NCBI RefSeq assembly: GCF_006345805.1
Contig: NC_043008.1
Span: 69,688,001-69,752,000 of the forward strand
Length of the DNA: 64,000 bases
From: Octopus sinensis
Lineage: Eukaryota
Direction: 5' to 3'
In this document: positions 1-12,279 of the stretch, piece by piece
How positions within the stretch are numbered: the first letter of the stretch is position 1
Layout: every line of letters starts with the position of its first letter
Program-made: the position numbers and the translations under genes
The notes under the pieces: model-generated
The model's input: only the letters and a program-made list of their open reading frames with translations
Told to the model about the DNA's origin: nothing
Databases searched by the model: none

Positions 1-170
1 CACGTACAAATATACATAATGATATATGTATAGGTGTATGTATCTATGTATTTACGTATCTGTCTATTTCTATCAATAATGCATATAAAGTGGTTGAAGA
101 TACATGTGTATGTGTACACATAAACACACTTAATTTCTTTCTCTCTTTCTCTTTCTCTCTCTCTCTCACT

Positions 171-206
<36 letters not shown>

Positions 207-300
207 ACACACGCGCGCACACATATATATGTATGTATGTGTATGCGTGTGTGTGTGTGGATAGATTGATACAAATATGCATTTATAAAAGTATATATGT

Positions 301-380
301 ATGGCTGTGTGGTAAGGAGCTTGCTTCCCAACCACATGGTCCCGGGTTCAGTCCCACTGAGTGAAACAAGTAAAAGAGTA
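301..380 (+). mobile_element. SINE family A, internally deleted (tRNA-like head joined directly to 3' tail)
   Basis: Head TGGCTGTGTGGTAAG...GGGTTCAGTCCCACT runs straight into the tail GAGTGAAACAAGTAAAAGAGTA; both parts match the full copy at 32080-32533. Confidence 0.8.
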
Positions 381-458
381 TACATACACACACACACACA
401 GAGACATATACATACAGAAACACACTCACACACAAGCACACTCAAACACACACACACA

Positions 459-514
<56 letters not shown>

Positions 515-934
515 CAGAGATACACTCATATACAAGCACACAAGCACACGCAAACGCACACACGTTCGCGCTCACGCACACATGGATCACTCTAAGTCGG
601 TTTCGACGAGTAGGATTCAGCTTATTCACTCAAATGTGTGAGCTCTCGAGTATTCCGCAGACACCGGTAACCTTAACTTAATTCACAGGCTGAATGGACA
701 TTCCACTGTGTGTGATAAGGTTGTACCTTTTGAATAATTGACAGAATCCATCCAAGTAGTTCCTATGCAACTTCTCTCTAGCCCTGTACCTATATTTACT
801 CACAACAGAAGCTGTTGACAGTTGCCAAAATGCCAAATAGCAGCATCAAAACGCCGGACCTCGTACTTACGTGGATTCGTAACCAATCGGCCATGCTGTA
901 CTGATATATAGATATAAAATGCACATTCGTTTAT

Positions 935-1335
935 TTTTTTACTTGCTTCAGTCGTTTGACTGTGGACATGCTGGATCATCACCTTAATGGGTTTTTAGTC
1001 GAAGAAATTGACTCCAGAACTTATTCTTTGTAAGGCTAGTACTTATTCTATCGGTATCGTTCGCCGAACGCCTAAGTTACGGGGGCGTAAACACACCAAC
1101 ATCGGTTGTCAAGCAATGGTGGCGGGAGACAGAGACACAAAGACACACAAATAAATATATATATACGACGAGCTTCTTTCAGTTTCCGTCAATTAAATCT
1201 ACTCACAGGGCTTTGATCAGTCCGAGGCTATAGCATAAGGTACTTGCCCAAAGTACCGTACGACGTAGTGGGACTGAACCCGGAAATATGTGGTTGAGAA
1301 GCGAGCTTCTTACCACAAAGCCTCGCCTGCTCCCC
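935..1335 (-). mobile_element. SINE family A, full length (tRNA-derived head, internal microsatellite, AAAGAGT-type tail)
   Basis: Colinear reverse complement of the 32080-32533 copy. Confidence 0.9.
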
Positions 1336-1349
1336 ACTCTCTCTCTTTC

Positions 1350-1380
<31 letters not shown>

Positions 1381-1438
1381 CACATACATATATACATTCA
1401 TATATATACATATATATGTACATACTGACATATATATG

Positions 1439-1476
<38 letters not shown>

Positions 1477-1480
1477 TATA

Positions 1481-1629
1481 TGGGTACAGGATGTCACAAA
1501 ACGTAAGCGTGAAATACGAAGACAAACTTTTTATGCGAACGAGAGAAACAAATAGAAAACATGACAAGTAACATAAAGAAGGACCCTTCATCAATTGTCG
1601 GCTGCTTATCTACTCCACATCTCGAGCAA
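1481..1629. mobile_element. Short element embedded in (TA)n, possibly Penelope-like terminal fragment (family I)
   Basis: Starts TGGGTACAGGA as does the related copy at 47296-47420; flanked by (TA)n; minus strand has a TTGATGAAGGG half-core only. Confidence 0.5.
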
Positions 1630-1639
1630 TATATATATA

Positions 1640-1672
<33 letters not shown>

Positions 1673-1720
1673 CATACATATACATATATATATATATAAT
1701 ATATATATACATACATATAC

Positions 1721-1770
<50 letters not shown>

Positions 1771-1786
1771 ATATATATATATATCA

Positions 1787-1990
1787 TTTACTGTTTTCAG
1801 TAATTAGACTGTGGCCATTCTGGGGCACCACTTTAAAGACTTTTTAGTTAAATGAGTCGACGCCAGCAGGTTTTTCATAAAGCCTGGTACTTGCTCTACT
1901 GGGCACTTTTGTCGAACCGCTAGGTTACGAGGACATAGACACACCAACACCGGTTGTCATCAGCGACAAGGGACAAAGACAGACGCTAAG
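1787..1990 (-). mobile_element. SINE family A, 3' half
   Basis: Diverged match to the right half of family A (GACTGTGGCC...GAACCGCTAGGTTACG...CACCAACACCGGTTGTC). Confidence 0.8.
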
Positions 1991-2060
1991 ACATACTCAC
2001 TCGCACGCTCGCATGCAAACACACACATATACACAGGCGCGCACACATACATATACACAA

Positions 2061-2093
<33 letters not shown>

Positions 2094-2097
<4 letters not shown>

Positions 2098-2294
2098 CAA
2101 TATGTTACATTACTCGGTAGTCAAGATAAAACTCTGAGTTTCAGATGCCGAAGTGGAAATCCACAACACCATCTCTTCCGTTATCTGTTTTATCTTGACT
2201 ACCGAGTAATGTAACATATTGTATAGATAAATTTCCTCTATTTACATAATATTGAGGTCTCTTTCTTTCTTTTGTTATCTTACCGTTTTATCAA
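2094..2294. mobile_element. (TA)n-flanked fold-back element: perfect 39-bp inverted arms (2094-2132 / 2187-2225) plus unique tail
   Basis: Arms are exact reverse complements; the tail recurs, inverted and diverged, at ~44770-44890. Confidence 0.85.
2124..2186 (-). ncRNA. Hammerhead ribozyme-like motif (type I, U4G core variant)
   Basis: Minus strand: AGAUAA-CGGAAGA-[GAUG..CAUC stem II, extra U]-GAAAC-UCAGA-GUU-UUAUCU; 6-bp stem I; near-palindromic stem III ACUC-A-GAGU. Confidence 0.6.
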
Positions 2295-2329
2295 TATATA
2301 TATATATATATATTCTGTGAGTGAGTAAG

Positions 2330-2620
2330 GAAGGAAGAATATGGCATGCTCTTCGCAGGCTTTCAACTGCAGAAAATTCACAAGAAGTCGGGGATATACG
2401 GAGGGAAAAAGGTATTGTAAGAAAGGACCAGAAATTGTGATTGTTGTGAATTGTAATTTTTGGGAAACAACATCGTCGATGTGTGGAGAGGGTGAATGAA
2501 CGAGGGAGGGGTTACGAGACCTGGTTCCTACGATCAGAAGCCGTTCTTGTAGTTATAAAAATGTGAGAAAGAGGAGATGCCATGTGCGTGGTTAAGAGAT
2601 TGAAGTGTGACTATTTCGGA
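2330..2620 (-). pseudogene. Degenerate CR1/Jockey-group LINE ORF2 C-terminal fragment
   Basis: Interrupted translation ...HGISSFSHFYNYKNGF*S*E...YNTFFP resembles the LINE C-terminal pattern 'V.SL.LFY.Y.NG.CS.EL...FFP'. Confidence 0.4.
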
Positions 2621-2871
2621 CTTTGTTAAATATTCAAATGAACTTTCTCTGAACGAGTCTCGGATGTCTGAGTGTGCGACAGAAGCACAGTTCCATATTT
2701 GGGTGTGTGTGTGTATATGCGGGTGTATGTGTGTACGTGTTTATATGTATTTACGTGTGTGTGTTTGTGAATGTGTGATTTTTATTTTAAATCCACAGCC
2801 GTCCTTTCTCTGACTTCTATGACAAAACCCCTTTGTTTTACAAACTGTCGGAAAGAAAATCGTTAAATACT

Positions 2872-2935
<64 letters not shown>

Positions 2936-3570
2936 ACACAAGCACACTCACAGATACGCATACACAGGCACATATTTACGCAACGTGGGCAATTTTCTCA
3001 TTGACCATCTATTTCAACAATAACTCATGAAATGTCTTCTCATTCTTCAGTCTGACAAAGACAGGTTGGTTTCAAACAGTTGACGTTTCTCACACGCTGA
3101 GACACCTCTATACGTGCTGACAGAGAATGAAAGACTTTTGATTTTAATTCTTCGAAGATTAATTTCAGTAAAAGGAAGATTATCTCATGCTATTTCCAGA
3201 AATGTAGCGCAGCATTCCACAAAGCTGTAAATGTTAGCAACAACAAGTAATATAATATTAATAATAATTTTCAGATAGATAAAATTACACGTACATATAT
3301 ATCATTGCTATTATGTTAAACTGTCTTATATCCAAATGAGTATTTTTTCGATATTTATTTTTGCTTGCAATTGCCGGTTCCCTTGGTCAACCTATCGTAT
3401 CTCCGGCTGTTTCAAATGCCACGACATCAAAACTTGCCAAAATGTGGTACAAAGGTTTTGTTATGGAATGATGAAATTATTTTTCGTTTTGTGAAAAAGC
3501 AACGTTCTGGACTTACGATACTTTTGCATAATAGCAACGATATGTACTTGTATTAAATATATATATATGT

Positions 3571-3850
3571 GTAGGCGCGTGGCCTAATGGTTAGGGCGTT
3601 GTACTCACGGTAGCAAGATCGTGGGTTCGATTCTCGAACCGGACGGTGCATTTTGCTCCTGAGCAAAACTTTTCCTTTCATGTTGCTCCAGTCCACTCAA
3701 CTGTGGGTCAGTAATCCTGCGGCGGACTGGCCTTCTGATCAGGGAGTGGGGAATGTTGGACTGCTCACATACTGCGCGGGGTGGCACTATACGACGGTTA
3801 AAATAATGCGAAGTGCATTGTGATAAGCGATGCATTCCAACATCCAATAG
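3571..3850 (+). mobile_element. tRNA-derived SINE family B with CORE-like middle
   Basis: A box TGGCCTAATGG (3580-3590), B box GGTTCGATTC (3624-3633), then CTGAGCAAAAC...GTTGCTCCAGTCCACTCA; related copies at 14165, 48841 and 4655. Confidence 0.8.
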
Positions 3851-4504
3851 AAAAAGTGCGGCTACGTCCGACTTTTTCCATCTATCCATTGCTATTGTTT
3901 ATAGATTTATCTCTCTAGAGTTCAAACTTTCGAAACAAATTATTTCGCGTTCTTTCAAAGTTTCTAAATTTACTGATATAACCAATACACACACACACAC
4001 AAACACAAATGTGTGTGCGTGTGAATGTATGCGCGGGTGTGTATTGACTGGGATACTTAGACAAATACTTTATTTTCTGCAACATTGTCCCAAACGTTGC
4101 ATTATTTATAGTGTATGGAATATATATCATTAACGTGTTCCAAATGATGATAGCATCAAGTTCCAAGACCAGCAAAGGTAGCGGTCCTATACTGCTGTTC
4201 TCATAGAACATAACACCAACATGACACAAGGTTTTTAGAACAAACAGCCCTCTTTTGTTCAACATCACTGCGGAAAAAATGAAAGAAAGATCTGCAATAA
4301 TATAACATTTAAAGAATACCAGCAGCAAAAGTACCCTCAAGAAATACAAGACAAAATCTAAGATTCTTGATACAGCCTGGCGAACTAAAACACTCATATG
4401 ATTGGATTATGGGGTTCCAAATTACGGAACCTTAAAAGACTTCTGCAGTTAGTTGGTGCTACGACGATTTAGATTTTTTATTCTCTTCCTGTTTATTTAT
4501 GTTC

Positions 4505-4540
4505 CTTTCTGTTGAAGAGCGTAGGCTCGAAACGTAAGAG
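4505..4540 (+). ncRNA. Minimal hammerhead ribozyme-like motif (A6U variant) in a short element ending in (TA)n
   Basis: CUUU-CUGUUGA-A-GAGC(GUAG)GCUC-GAAAC-GUA-AGAG; palindromic ACGU stem III; ~90-bp tail runs to a TA tract at ~4630. Confidence 0.6.
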
Positions 4541-4654
4541 ACTTTCTCACCTTCCCGAGCGTTAAACTAATACACCTGTTTGTTGTTTACACATCTCTCT
4601 TCGTCTTTCGTTTCTTTTGTAAATTCCAACTATATATAAATATATATAGTATAT

Positions 4655-4950
4655 TAGCCTCAGGTGTTAGAGCGTCGGTGTATGTATGTATATATGTGAG
4701 ATTGCGTGTTCGATTTCCGGATTGGGCCGTGTGCTGTGTTCTTGAGCAAGACATTTAGTTCACTTTGCTCCACTTCACTCAGCGGTAGAAATGAGGTATG
4801 ACGTCACTTTTGCCTTGGATAACATCGGTGGTACGAAGTAGAAAAGACTGGTATGCATGGGCGACTACTCGTCTTCCATAAAACAACTTTGTACAGACTT
4901 GTGGCTGGAAGGAGAACTGGTCTAGTTGCAATCCTATGGGCATTCATCAC
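4655..4950 (+). mobile_element. Degenerate tRNA-derived SINE (family B-related head, different 3' body)
   Basis: GTGTTCGATTTCC B-box remnant followed by CTTGAGCAAGACATTT...TTGCTCCACTTCACTCAGC. Confidence 0.6.
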
Positions 4951-5036
4951 CGAAGAGGGTCTTTACTCTTACCTTTTTATATAAACTTGCACAGACACAC
5001 GCGCGCGCGCACACATATGTATATGTATATATCTAC

Positions 5037-5116
<80 letters not shown>

Positions 5117-6243
5117 GGGTGAGATTTACTGTATTGATCGCCACAGTATCGATTTTGCTTTGGGCTGACCTAATAAGCTTTCTAACTCAGATAAAAGGTC
5201 ACAAATTTTGTTGAAACGATTAATCAATAATATTGATCTCCGTATTACGGGTCGATGTTATCTATATTTTATAGCTGATCCTAGCCTAGGCTATGGAAGG
5301 CAAAGTCAACCACTACATTGAATTGAACTCAGAAATTATATGGTTGAAATTAAATACTGGGAGACACCCCCTGCGGTGTTCTGTTTAATTCTGGTAACCT
5401 GACTGCCTGATTTATATTAGTGATCGTAGTGATCACAAAGTTTCGGCCCGCTTGTCTTCGTCAGACTGTTATCTACTAAAAGATATCCTTCATATCAATG
5501 TTAAAATGTTAACAACACACACACACAAACATTTATATATTTATATTAATATAAGTATCTATATATGCATTTGTGTGCGTATATATATATATTTATACAT
5601 ATATACATACCCATACAAATATGTATATATATATTCGCATGTGTATATGTATGTATGTGTGTATATATGCATAGACGTAGATATGCAGAATCGAATATGA
5701 AATTATAAACAAGTAATTCCTTCCTTTTGAAAAGAAGAATTGTGAAAGGAAGAAAAGAAAGTGAGTGAAAGTACGAGAGGAAGATGGAGCGAGATAGTGG
5801 GAAAATCGAAATAGTAAGAGTGTAAAACAGAAGAAAAGATAGCAGGGTACAGAGGGAATGAATGAGAGATACAAAGATAGAGAGGAGAGTAAATGTAAGA
5901 AATTGAAAGAAGGAAGATGTTGATTGAACAAACAAGGATATTATTGTCCAACCATTTCTCACAGTATTTATCCAATTGATGTTTCATTGATTCTTTTTCG
6001 TTTTTGTTCAAGTCTTAAAGGTTTTTTTCAATTTTCCTATGAAATCCAAATGCGGCCACGTTTTCAGCGGTGCTTAAATTGCGTCGTAGCTGTCTTGTAT
6101 CTTCTGGCTGTTGTTATAGTATTAAGACATTCGCTTGTGTTTAGAGAGAGAGAGGTAGAGGTAAATATACACATACACACACACATATACAAACACATAT
6201 ACGTACACGTACACATATAGGTACGCTTAATGTGTGTGCGTGC

Positions 6244-6274
<31 letters not shown>

Positions 6275-6289
6275 AGATTATATATATAT

Positions 6290-6380
<91 letters not shown>

Positions 6381-6381
6381 A

Positions 6382-6422
<41 letters not shown>

Positions 6423-6887
6423 AAAAGATCACAGATGTCGGATGTAACGATTTTTCTCACTCCGATATAAAGGTATGTATTGTGTGTGTATGTGTGTAAA
6501 TATACATATATATATTATACATACATATATGTAATTATATATCTAGTTATGTATATATGTATGTATGTGCGTATGTAAGTACGTATGTATACAAATAACT
6601 TGACAGTACATAGGATAAGTTCAACCAACCACTGCCACCTCTAAAGACCCATTCTTCACAGCCTCGACGTCACCACCTCTGCCAACACGTTACCGCATAT
6701 TGACCCAATCTGTCACATAAGCGGCATTATATATGTATGTACATATGATTATATGCATATATATATGGGTGTGTGTTTGTGTGTGTGTGCGTGTGCGTGT
6801 GTGTGTGTGTGTGACAATATATATATAAATCCGTATTGGATTTTGATTAGCATAAAAATGCTATTCATTCTTCTATATATACGTGTT

Positions 6888-6921
<34 letters not shown>

Positions 6922-7138
6922 ATGTGAAATACCCCCTTGTCGATAATGTTGTTTATGAATCTCACAGATTTATTCAATACCTCGCTCGGTCTCTCACAAA
7001 AGCCCAACAATACAACATACATACAGATCTACAATTGCGTGATTCAATTCATATTAAAATATATATATATATATTTATACACACATATATATTTATGCAT
7101 ATGTGTTCGAGTGTGTGCATGTATGTAAGATTTTGTGC

Positions 7139-7186
<48 letters not shown>

Positions 7187-7207
7187 GTGCATGCGCGCCA
7201 ACACACA

Positions 7208-7241
<34 letters not shown>

Positions 7242-7543
7242 TACACACACACACACATTTATGTGAATGTAGTTGTGAGCAACCAAAATTTTTAAATCTT
7301 GGCTCACTCACCAGCGAAATTTTTTAAATAACGGTTCGGTAGTCTACCAAAATTTTAAGCTGAAGATTTATTTATTAAATGAAAAATGGAATAAAAAATA
7401 TACCGAATTCGGTAATATAACGTAGAATTACTAATATAATATTAAAATCTCGAATCAAAGAAAGCAGGCCATGAAATGCGACGGTAAAATTTAAAGTTTA
7501 GAAAGATCCCTGTAGCTCCTTTCACTCGAGTGTTGTAAAATAC

Positions 7544-7576
<33 letters not shown>

Positions 7577-7577
<1 letters not shown>

Positions 7578-8130
7578 ATGCCCTGATGCAGTATCAGACA
7601 GTGGCTCTCGTGGCTTCTGCTCTTAACTGATTGGAAGTGTTATCATGTACATTGTTTTGTCTTGGTATAAAAGATGGGCTACAACAAATATTCTGCTCAG
7701 TACCACAGATTTGCTTGTCAGTTGTTTGACCTTAACCAGTTGAGCATATCCCTTGGTGGCTGACGCTATGTACATCTCTGAACACGAGCTGAAGTAGTGG
7801 GGAAGCATTATAGCCATATGTTGAGAGGGATTCTTTGGGATTTGAATAATTCACCTCTGGAAACATGGTGTTTCGTTCAACATCCTTAAACAACCCTTAT
7901 TCAGGGACCTTTTGAGCGAAATGGGTTACTCCATCAGAAGAAAATTTTAACTGGGCCCCACCTGCTAGGTCATGCGCTGTTTATCTTGATATGAGATCAC
8001 CATGTCGCGCACATATGGTTGTGATGCATGTGCCTGGTGTACCCTTATCAGGCGGGTAATCATGAGGGTATACTGGACTTCGTATATTTTACCTCTGTGT
8101 CACTTTGATGGCATACACTGTTTCTCACTC
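7577..8130 (+). mobile_element. Family E: ~550-bp non-coding interspersed element flanked by (AAT)n
   Basis: Highly similar copies at 23856-24394, 30883-31385 and 62084-62286(-); shared ends AAATGCCCTGATGCAG...CTCTCACTC. Confidence 0.9.
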
Positions 8131-8170
<40 letters not shown>

Positions 8171-8213
8171 TAATAATAATAATAATAATGATAATAATAA
8201 TGATAATAATAAT

Positions 8214-8422
8214 GGTTTCAAATTTTTCCACAAGGCCTCACATTTGTTGGGTGGGGACTAGTCGATTATATCGACTCCAGCGTTTCACTGGTATTTTATT
8301 TACCGACCCCGAAAGAATGAAAAGCAAAATAGACTTTGGGGAAATTTGAACTCAGAACGTAGCAACGGGTGAAATACGCTAAGCATTTCGTCCGGCGTGT
8401 TAACGATTCTGCCAGTTGACAG
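8214..8422 (-). mobile_element. tRNA-derived SINE family D with (ATT)n tail
   Basis: Reverse complement reads CTGGCAGAATCGTTA..GAGTTCAAAT..CTTTCATTCTTTCGGGGTCGGTAAAATAA..GAAACC-(ATT)n; at least 8 copies in the window. Confidence 0.85.
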
Positions 8423-8662
8423 CTTCAGTGATAATAATAACAACAACAACAACAGCAACAACAATAGTTTGCCTGTTTTCTTGAGAGTTAGAAAATTGGA
8501 GCTAAAACTGGTAGATGGCGGATACATTTGTAAAGGGCAGAGATCACCTTACAAGAATGGTTGTGTGAGACCGTGAAGTCAAGAAGGGGCGAATGAAGAA
8601 AACGTTTAAGTTAATTACTTAGATAGGAATATACATACATAAATATCTATCTATATATATAT

Positions 8663-8771
8663 ATTTATTTTATAGAAGGAGCTTCTACAGGACTAGAACT
8701 GTTTCATTCCTGATGATTTCATTTGAATGAAACAGTTCTAGTCCTGTGAAAGCTCCTTCTATAAAATAAAT
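8663..8771. repeat. Inverted repeat: 47-bp arms (2 mismatches) around a 15-nt loop beginning CTGATGA; part of a (TA)n-flanked element to ~8840
   Basis: Arms 8663-8709 and 8725-8771 read directly; right arm contains GAAAC. Confidence 0.9.
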
Positions 8772-8867
8772 TAATTTACTCTGCCATGTATTGAGTACCT
8801 ATATTTACTGTGGTTAACCCCAACTCAACCCGGGACCTACATATATATATATATAATATATATATAT

Positions 8868-8911
<44 letters not shown>

Positions 8912-9190
8912 AGGTGGAAAAGTTTAAAGTGATGTAGGAGGGACTGGTAGGTTAGTACACTATATCCAACAACCTCAAAAAAAAAAAGTTGTTTCCATGA
9001 TGCCAGAATAAAGTAATGCAGGGTATAAGGAAGTTATGATAATAAATACAAAAATTTGGGGGCGGATGACATGTATGCAAATACGCTATTACATAGAGAT
9101 ACACATGTAGACAGAGACATTCAGTCTCTCTGTCTGTCTTTCTGTCTCTCTGTCTGTCTGTCTGTCTGTCTCCCTCTCTCTCTGTTTCTG

Positions 9191-9267
<77 letters not shown>

Positions 9268-9294
9268 CGGGGGGGTGCACGTAACGCCGCAATA

Positions 9295-9549
9295 ATATAA
9301 GAATGAATGTTTTTATATATAATGAACGTGAAATACAGGAAGGGACGAACACGGAACACAGACAAATCATTCGAAGCCTTCGATCTTCAGTCAGACACCG
9401 AATCATCATAGCAAATTTCGGCTCGAAATTTGCTATGATGATTCGGTGTCTGACTGAAGATTGAAGGCTTCGAATGATTTGTCTGTGTTCCGTGTTCGTC
9501 CCTTCCTGTATTTCACGTTCATTATATATAAAAACATTCATTCTTATAT
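9295..9549. repeat. 255-bp palindrome: 126-bp arms, 3-nt loop, one mismatch
   Basis: 9295-9420 is the reverse complement of 9424-9549 except G9382/T9462; centre GCAAATTTCG-GCT-CGAAATTTGC. Confidence 0.97.
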
Positions 9550-9630
9550 ACACGCACACAGATATACACGTATAAATACGCGTGCGCGTTTCCTTACTCA
9601 TCGCGGATGATAATATTTACGTATCTTCAG

Positions 9631-9672
9631 AACTTCGCATTAACGATAAAGAAAATTACACGGGAAAATATG
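9631..9672 (+). CDS. Candidate 42-nt internal exon (NFALTIKKITRENM in phase 0, or LRINDKENYTGKY in phase 1)
   Basis: Acceptor TTTACGTATCTTCAG| and consensus donor ATG|GTAAGT; length a multiple of 3; two open phases; non-repetitive context. Confidence 0.4.
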
Positions 9673-10044
9673 GTAAGTAAACTTTCACTTCGCAATATAA
9701 ACGGACCGATTAAATTACCGCTGCGTGGGTGAGCGAGGTCATTTAATTCATTGAGGAATTAACGTTCTGAATAAAACTGTCTTCAGCATTCAGTAAAGAA
9801 AGAAAGAACAAAAAAAGTTAATCAGTTTTCATTTTGAAAAGAAGTTTTAATAACTGGTTTCAAGAAAACCGGTGCAAACGGAGTGTAGATGGAAAATTTA
9901 AATATACATTCATACACTCATACAAGCACAGACACACACACACACGCACATATATATATATACAAACACACTTATATAATTATGTAGATATATATATGCA
10001 TGTACTTACATACATATACACACATATATATACATACATACACA

Positions 10045-10068
10045 CACATATACCTATCTATCTATCTG

Positions 10069-10149
<81 letters not shown>

Positions 10150-10150
10150 A
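10045..10150. repeat. (TATC)n microsatellite
   Basis: Direct reading; similar arrays at ~38005-38100 and (GATA)n at ~38260-38320. Confidence 0.95.
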
Positions 10151-11029
10151 TGGCAGAGTAATCTATATCTATCTATATGTATATATATATACACAAGAAA
10201 TATTTGCGGCTTTTAATAAAGCTGTTCTTCGTATGAAACAATTGTACTGAACAACTAATCCATTCCTGTTGCTTTTTTCTTGTTTATAATCACCCCACAT
10301 TATTTTATGGTTAATACCATATAGAATTCTGGTGCATCTAAGTTAAGTACCGCATTCATGTGAATTCATTGGAACTCACTTGAATCTTAATTGTTTTTAC
10401 TGAAATTATATATATATATATATAATATAGTATATATATATATATTATATATATATAGTGTGTGTGTGTGTGTGGGCGTGTGCGTGTATGTGTGTGATTG
10501 AATGTATGTCCATGAAATTTGATTTCATTGAAGCTGTGGAATCCAACCAAATCAGATAGTCAACGTTACGTTTCTTAAAAACGAAAAAATAAACAGACAC
10601 TGAATGTCACGCGATAAGTGACCTGCTCCACGTAAAAATATGCTCGTATGCAAATTTTCAGGCAGCTGCGTGGAAAACTCTGAAAACTCTGACCGATAAC
10701 ATACAGCATACATACATACTTATATAGATATACATATATATATATATATATATTTATACATATGTGTACATACACAGACGCACACAAATACATACACACA
10801 TGAATATGTATATATATATATATATCCGCGGGTTGTAAAGTCTCCAAAGTCTATTTAAAGTTGTTTTGCTCAATCAATAATTTAAGAATGCCAGAATCAA
10901 CAAGAAAGCCGCTAAGATCAGGCAAGCTGTTATGATCAGGCGAGCTACTTAAACTAACAATGCGCCATGATTAACTAAACTAAGCTAGCTGATCTGAGCT
11001 GAAGTAACGAGATAGTGCTGCCGATACTG

Positions 11030-11101
<72 letters not shown>

Positions 11102-11200
11102 TATACATATATATATATATGTATATATATATGTGTATATATATATATATAACATATATATAGTATATATATATGTGTATATGTATATATATATATGTGT

Positions 11201-11275
<75 letters not shown>

Positions 11276-11429
11276 CGTATATGCATACATACGTACATAT
11301 ATATATATGTATGTATGTATGTATGTATATTACATTATTTTATATCTGTGCGTTTGTCTATCAGGTGTGTAGATATGGTATTAATTTTAGTTTTCCGTTT
11401 CATTTTTCTTTTCTGCAAATGTGTTACTT

Positions 11430-12191
11430 CATATTGCTTGTTGTTGTTGTTGCTGTTGCTGTTGTTGTTGCTGTTGTTGTTGTTGTTTTATATTTTATCA
11501 AGTTTAAACACGTTATCATAATATAATTATTATATTACTACAGCCGCAAACCTAACACTAATTTCATGTTGTTGCTCTTGGTGTTGTTGTTGATGGTGTT
11601 GGCGTTGGTGGGGGTTGGTATTGATGGTTATGATAGTTTTGGTGTTCTTAGTGGTGGTGGTAGTGGTGGTGGTAGTGGTGGTGGTAGTGGTGGTGGCTCT
11701 TATGGTGTTAGTAGAGCTAGTGGTTGCGCTGGTTGGTGGTTGTGTTGGCTGACGGTAGTGTTGGTAATGGTAGCAGTGGTAGTATTATTGATGATAGTGT
11801 TGTTGTTGTGGTTTTTGTTGTTGTTATTGTTGTTGTTGTTGTTCGTGGTGGTGGTGGTGGTGGTGATGGTGGCAGCGGCAGCGGTGGTGGTGGTGTTGGC
11901 GTTGGTGGTAATAGTGGCGGGGGTGATGGTATTGGCTGTGTCGTTGGTGGTGGTATTGGTGTTGGTGCTAGTGCGTTGGCTTCGGCGCCGGCGGTGGCGG
12001 CGGTGGTGGTGGTGGTGGTGGTGGTGGTAATGGTGGTGTGGGTACTGGTGGTATATAGGGAGGGCGGAAATGAATAATTCCTAGTATCTAAGGAAAACAA
12101 ACGGAGGCGGATCAGGAAAAATAATCTTGAAGCTCAACAAGTGATACTGTTTCACAAGAGAGAAGAGCACGGCCGAGCAGAAAGAGAAGAA

Positions 12192-12222
<31 letters not shown>

Positions 12223-12239
12223 GTTGTAGTAGTAGTATT

Positions 12240-12279
<40 letters not shown>

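Noticed and set aside
3336-3494. 52-aa Cys-rich ORF / signal-peptide-like alternative frame
   Set aside because: Short, no clear domain spacing, and the alternative frame lacks a Met.
3573-3645. tRNA gene
   Set aside because: A and B boxes are present but there is no proper cloverleaf, and it runs into SINE body sequence.
4246-4290. SPLLFNI reverse-transcriptase-like motif
   Set aside because: Isolated; no preceding QG or following YADD/FADD in any nearby frame.
7623-7817. 64-aa ORF repeated at 30912-31106
   Set aside because: Lies inside family E; the copy at 23856 has an early TGA, so the similarity reflects repeat youth rather than coding constraint.
9445-9485. HHR inside the large palindrome arm (CTGAAGA..CTTCGAAT)
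   Set aside because: GAAT instead of GAAA and no stem I; a remnant at most.
11566-12100. Gly/Val-rich or Thr/Pro mucin-like ORFs
   Set aside because: Imperfect GGT/GTT triplet tract open in several frames; no splice or domain support.
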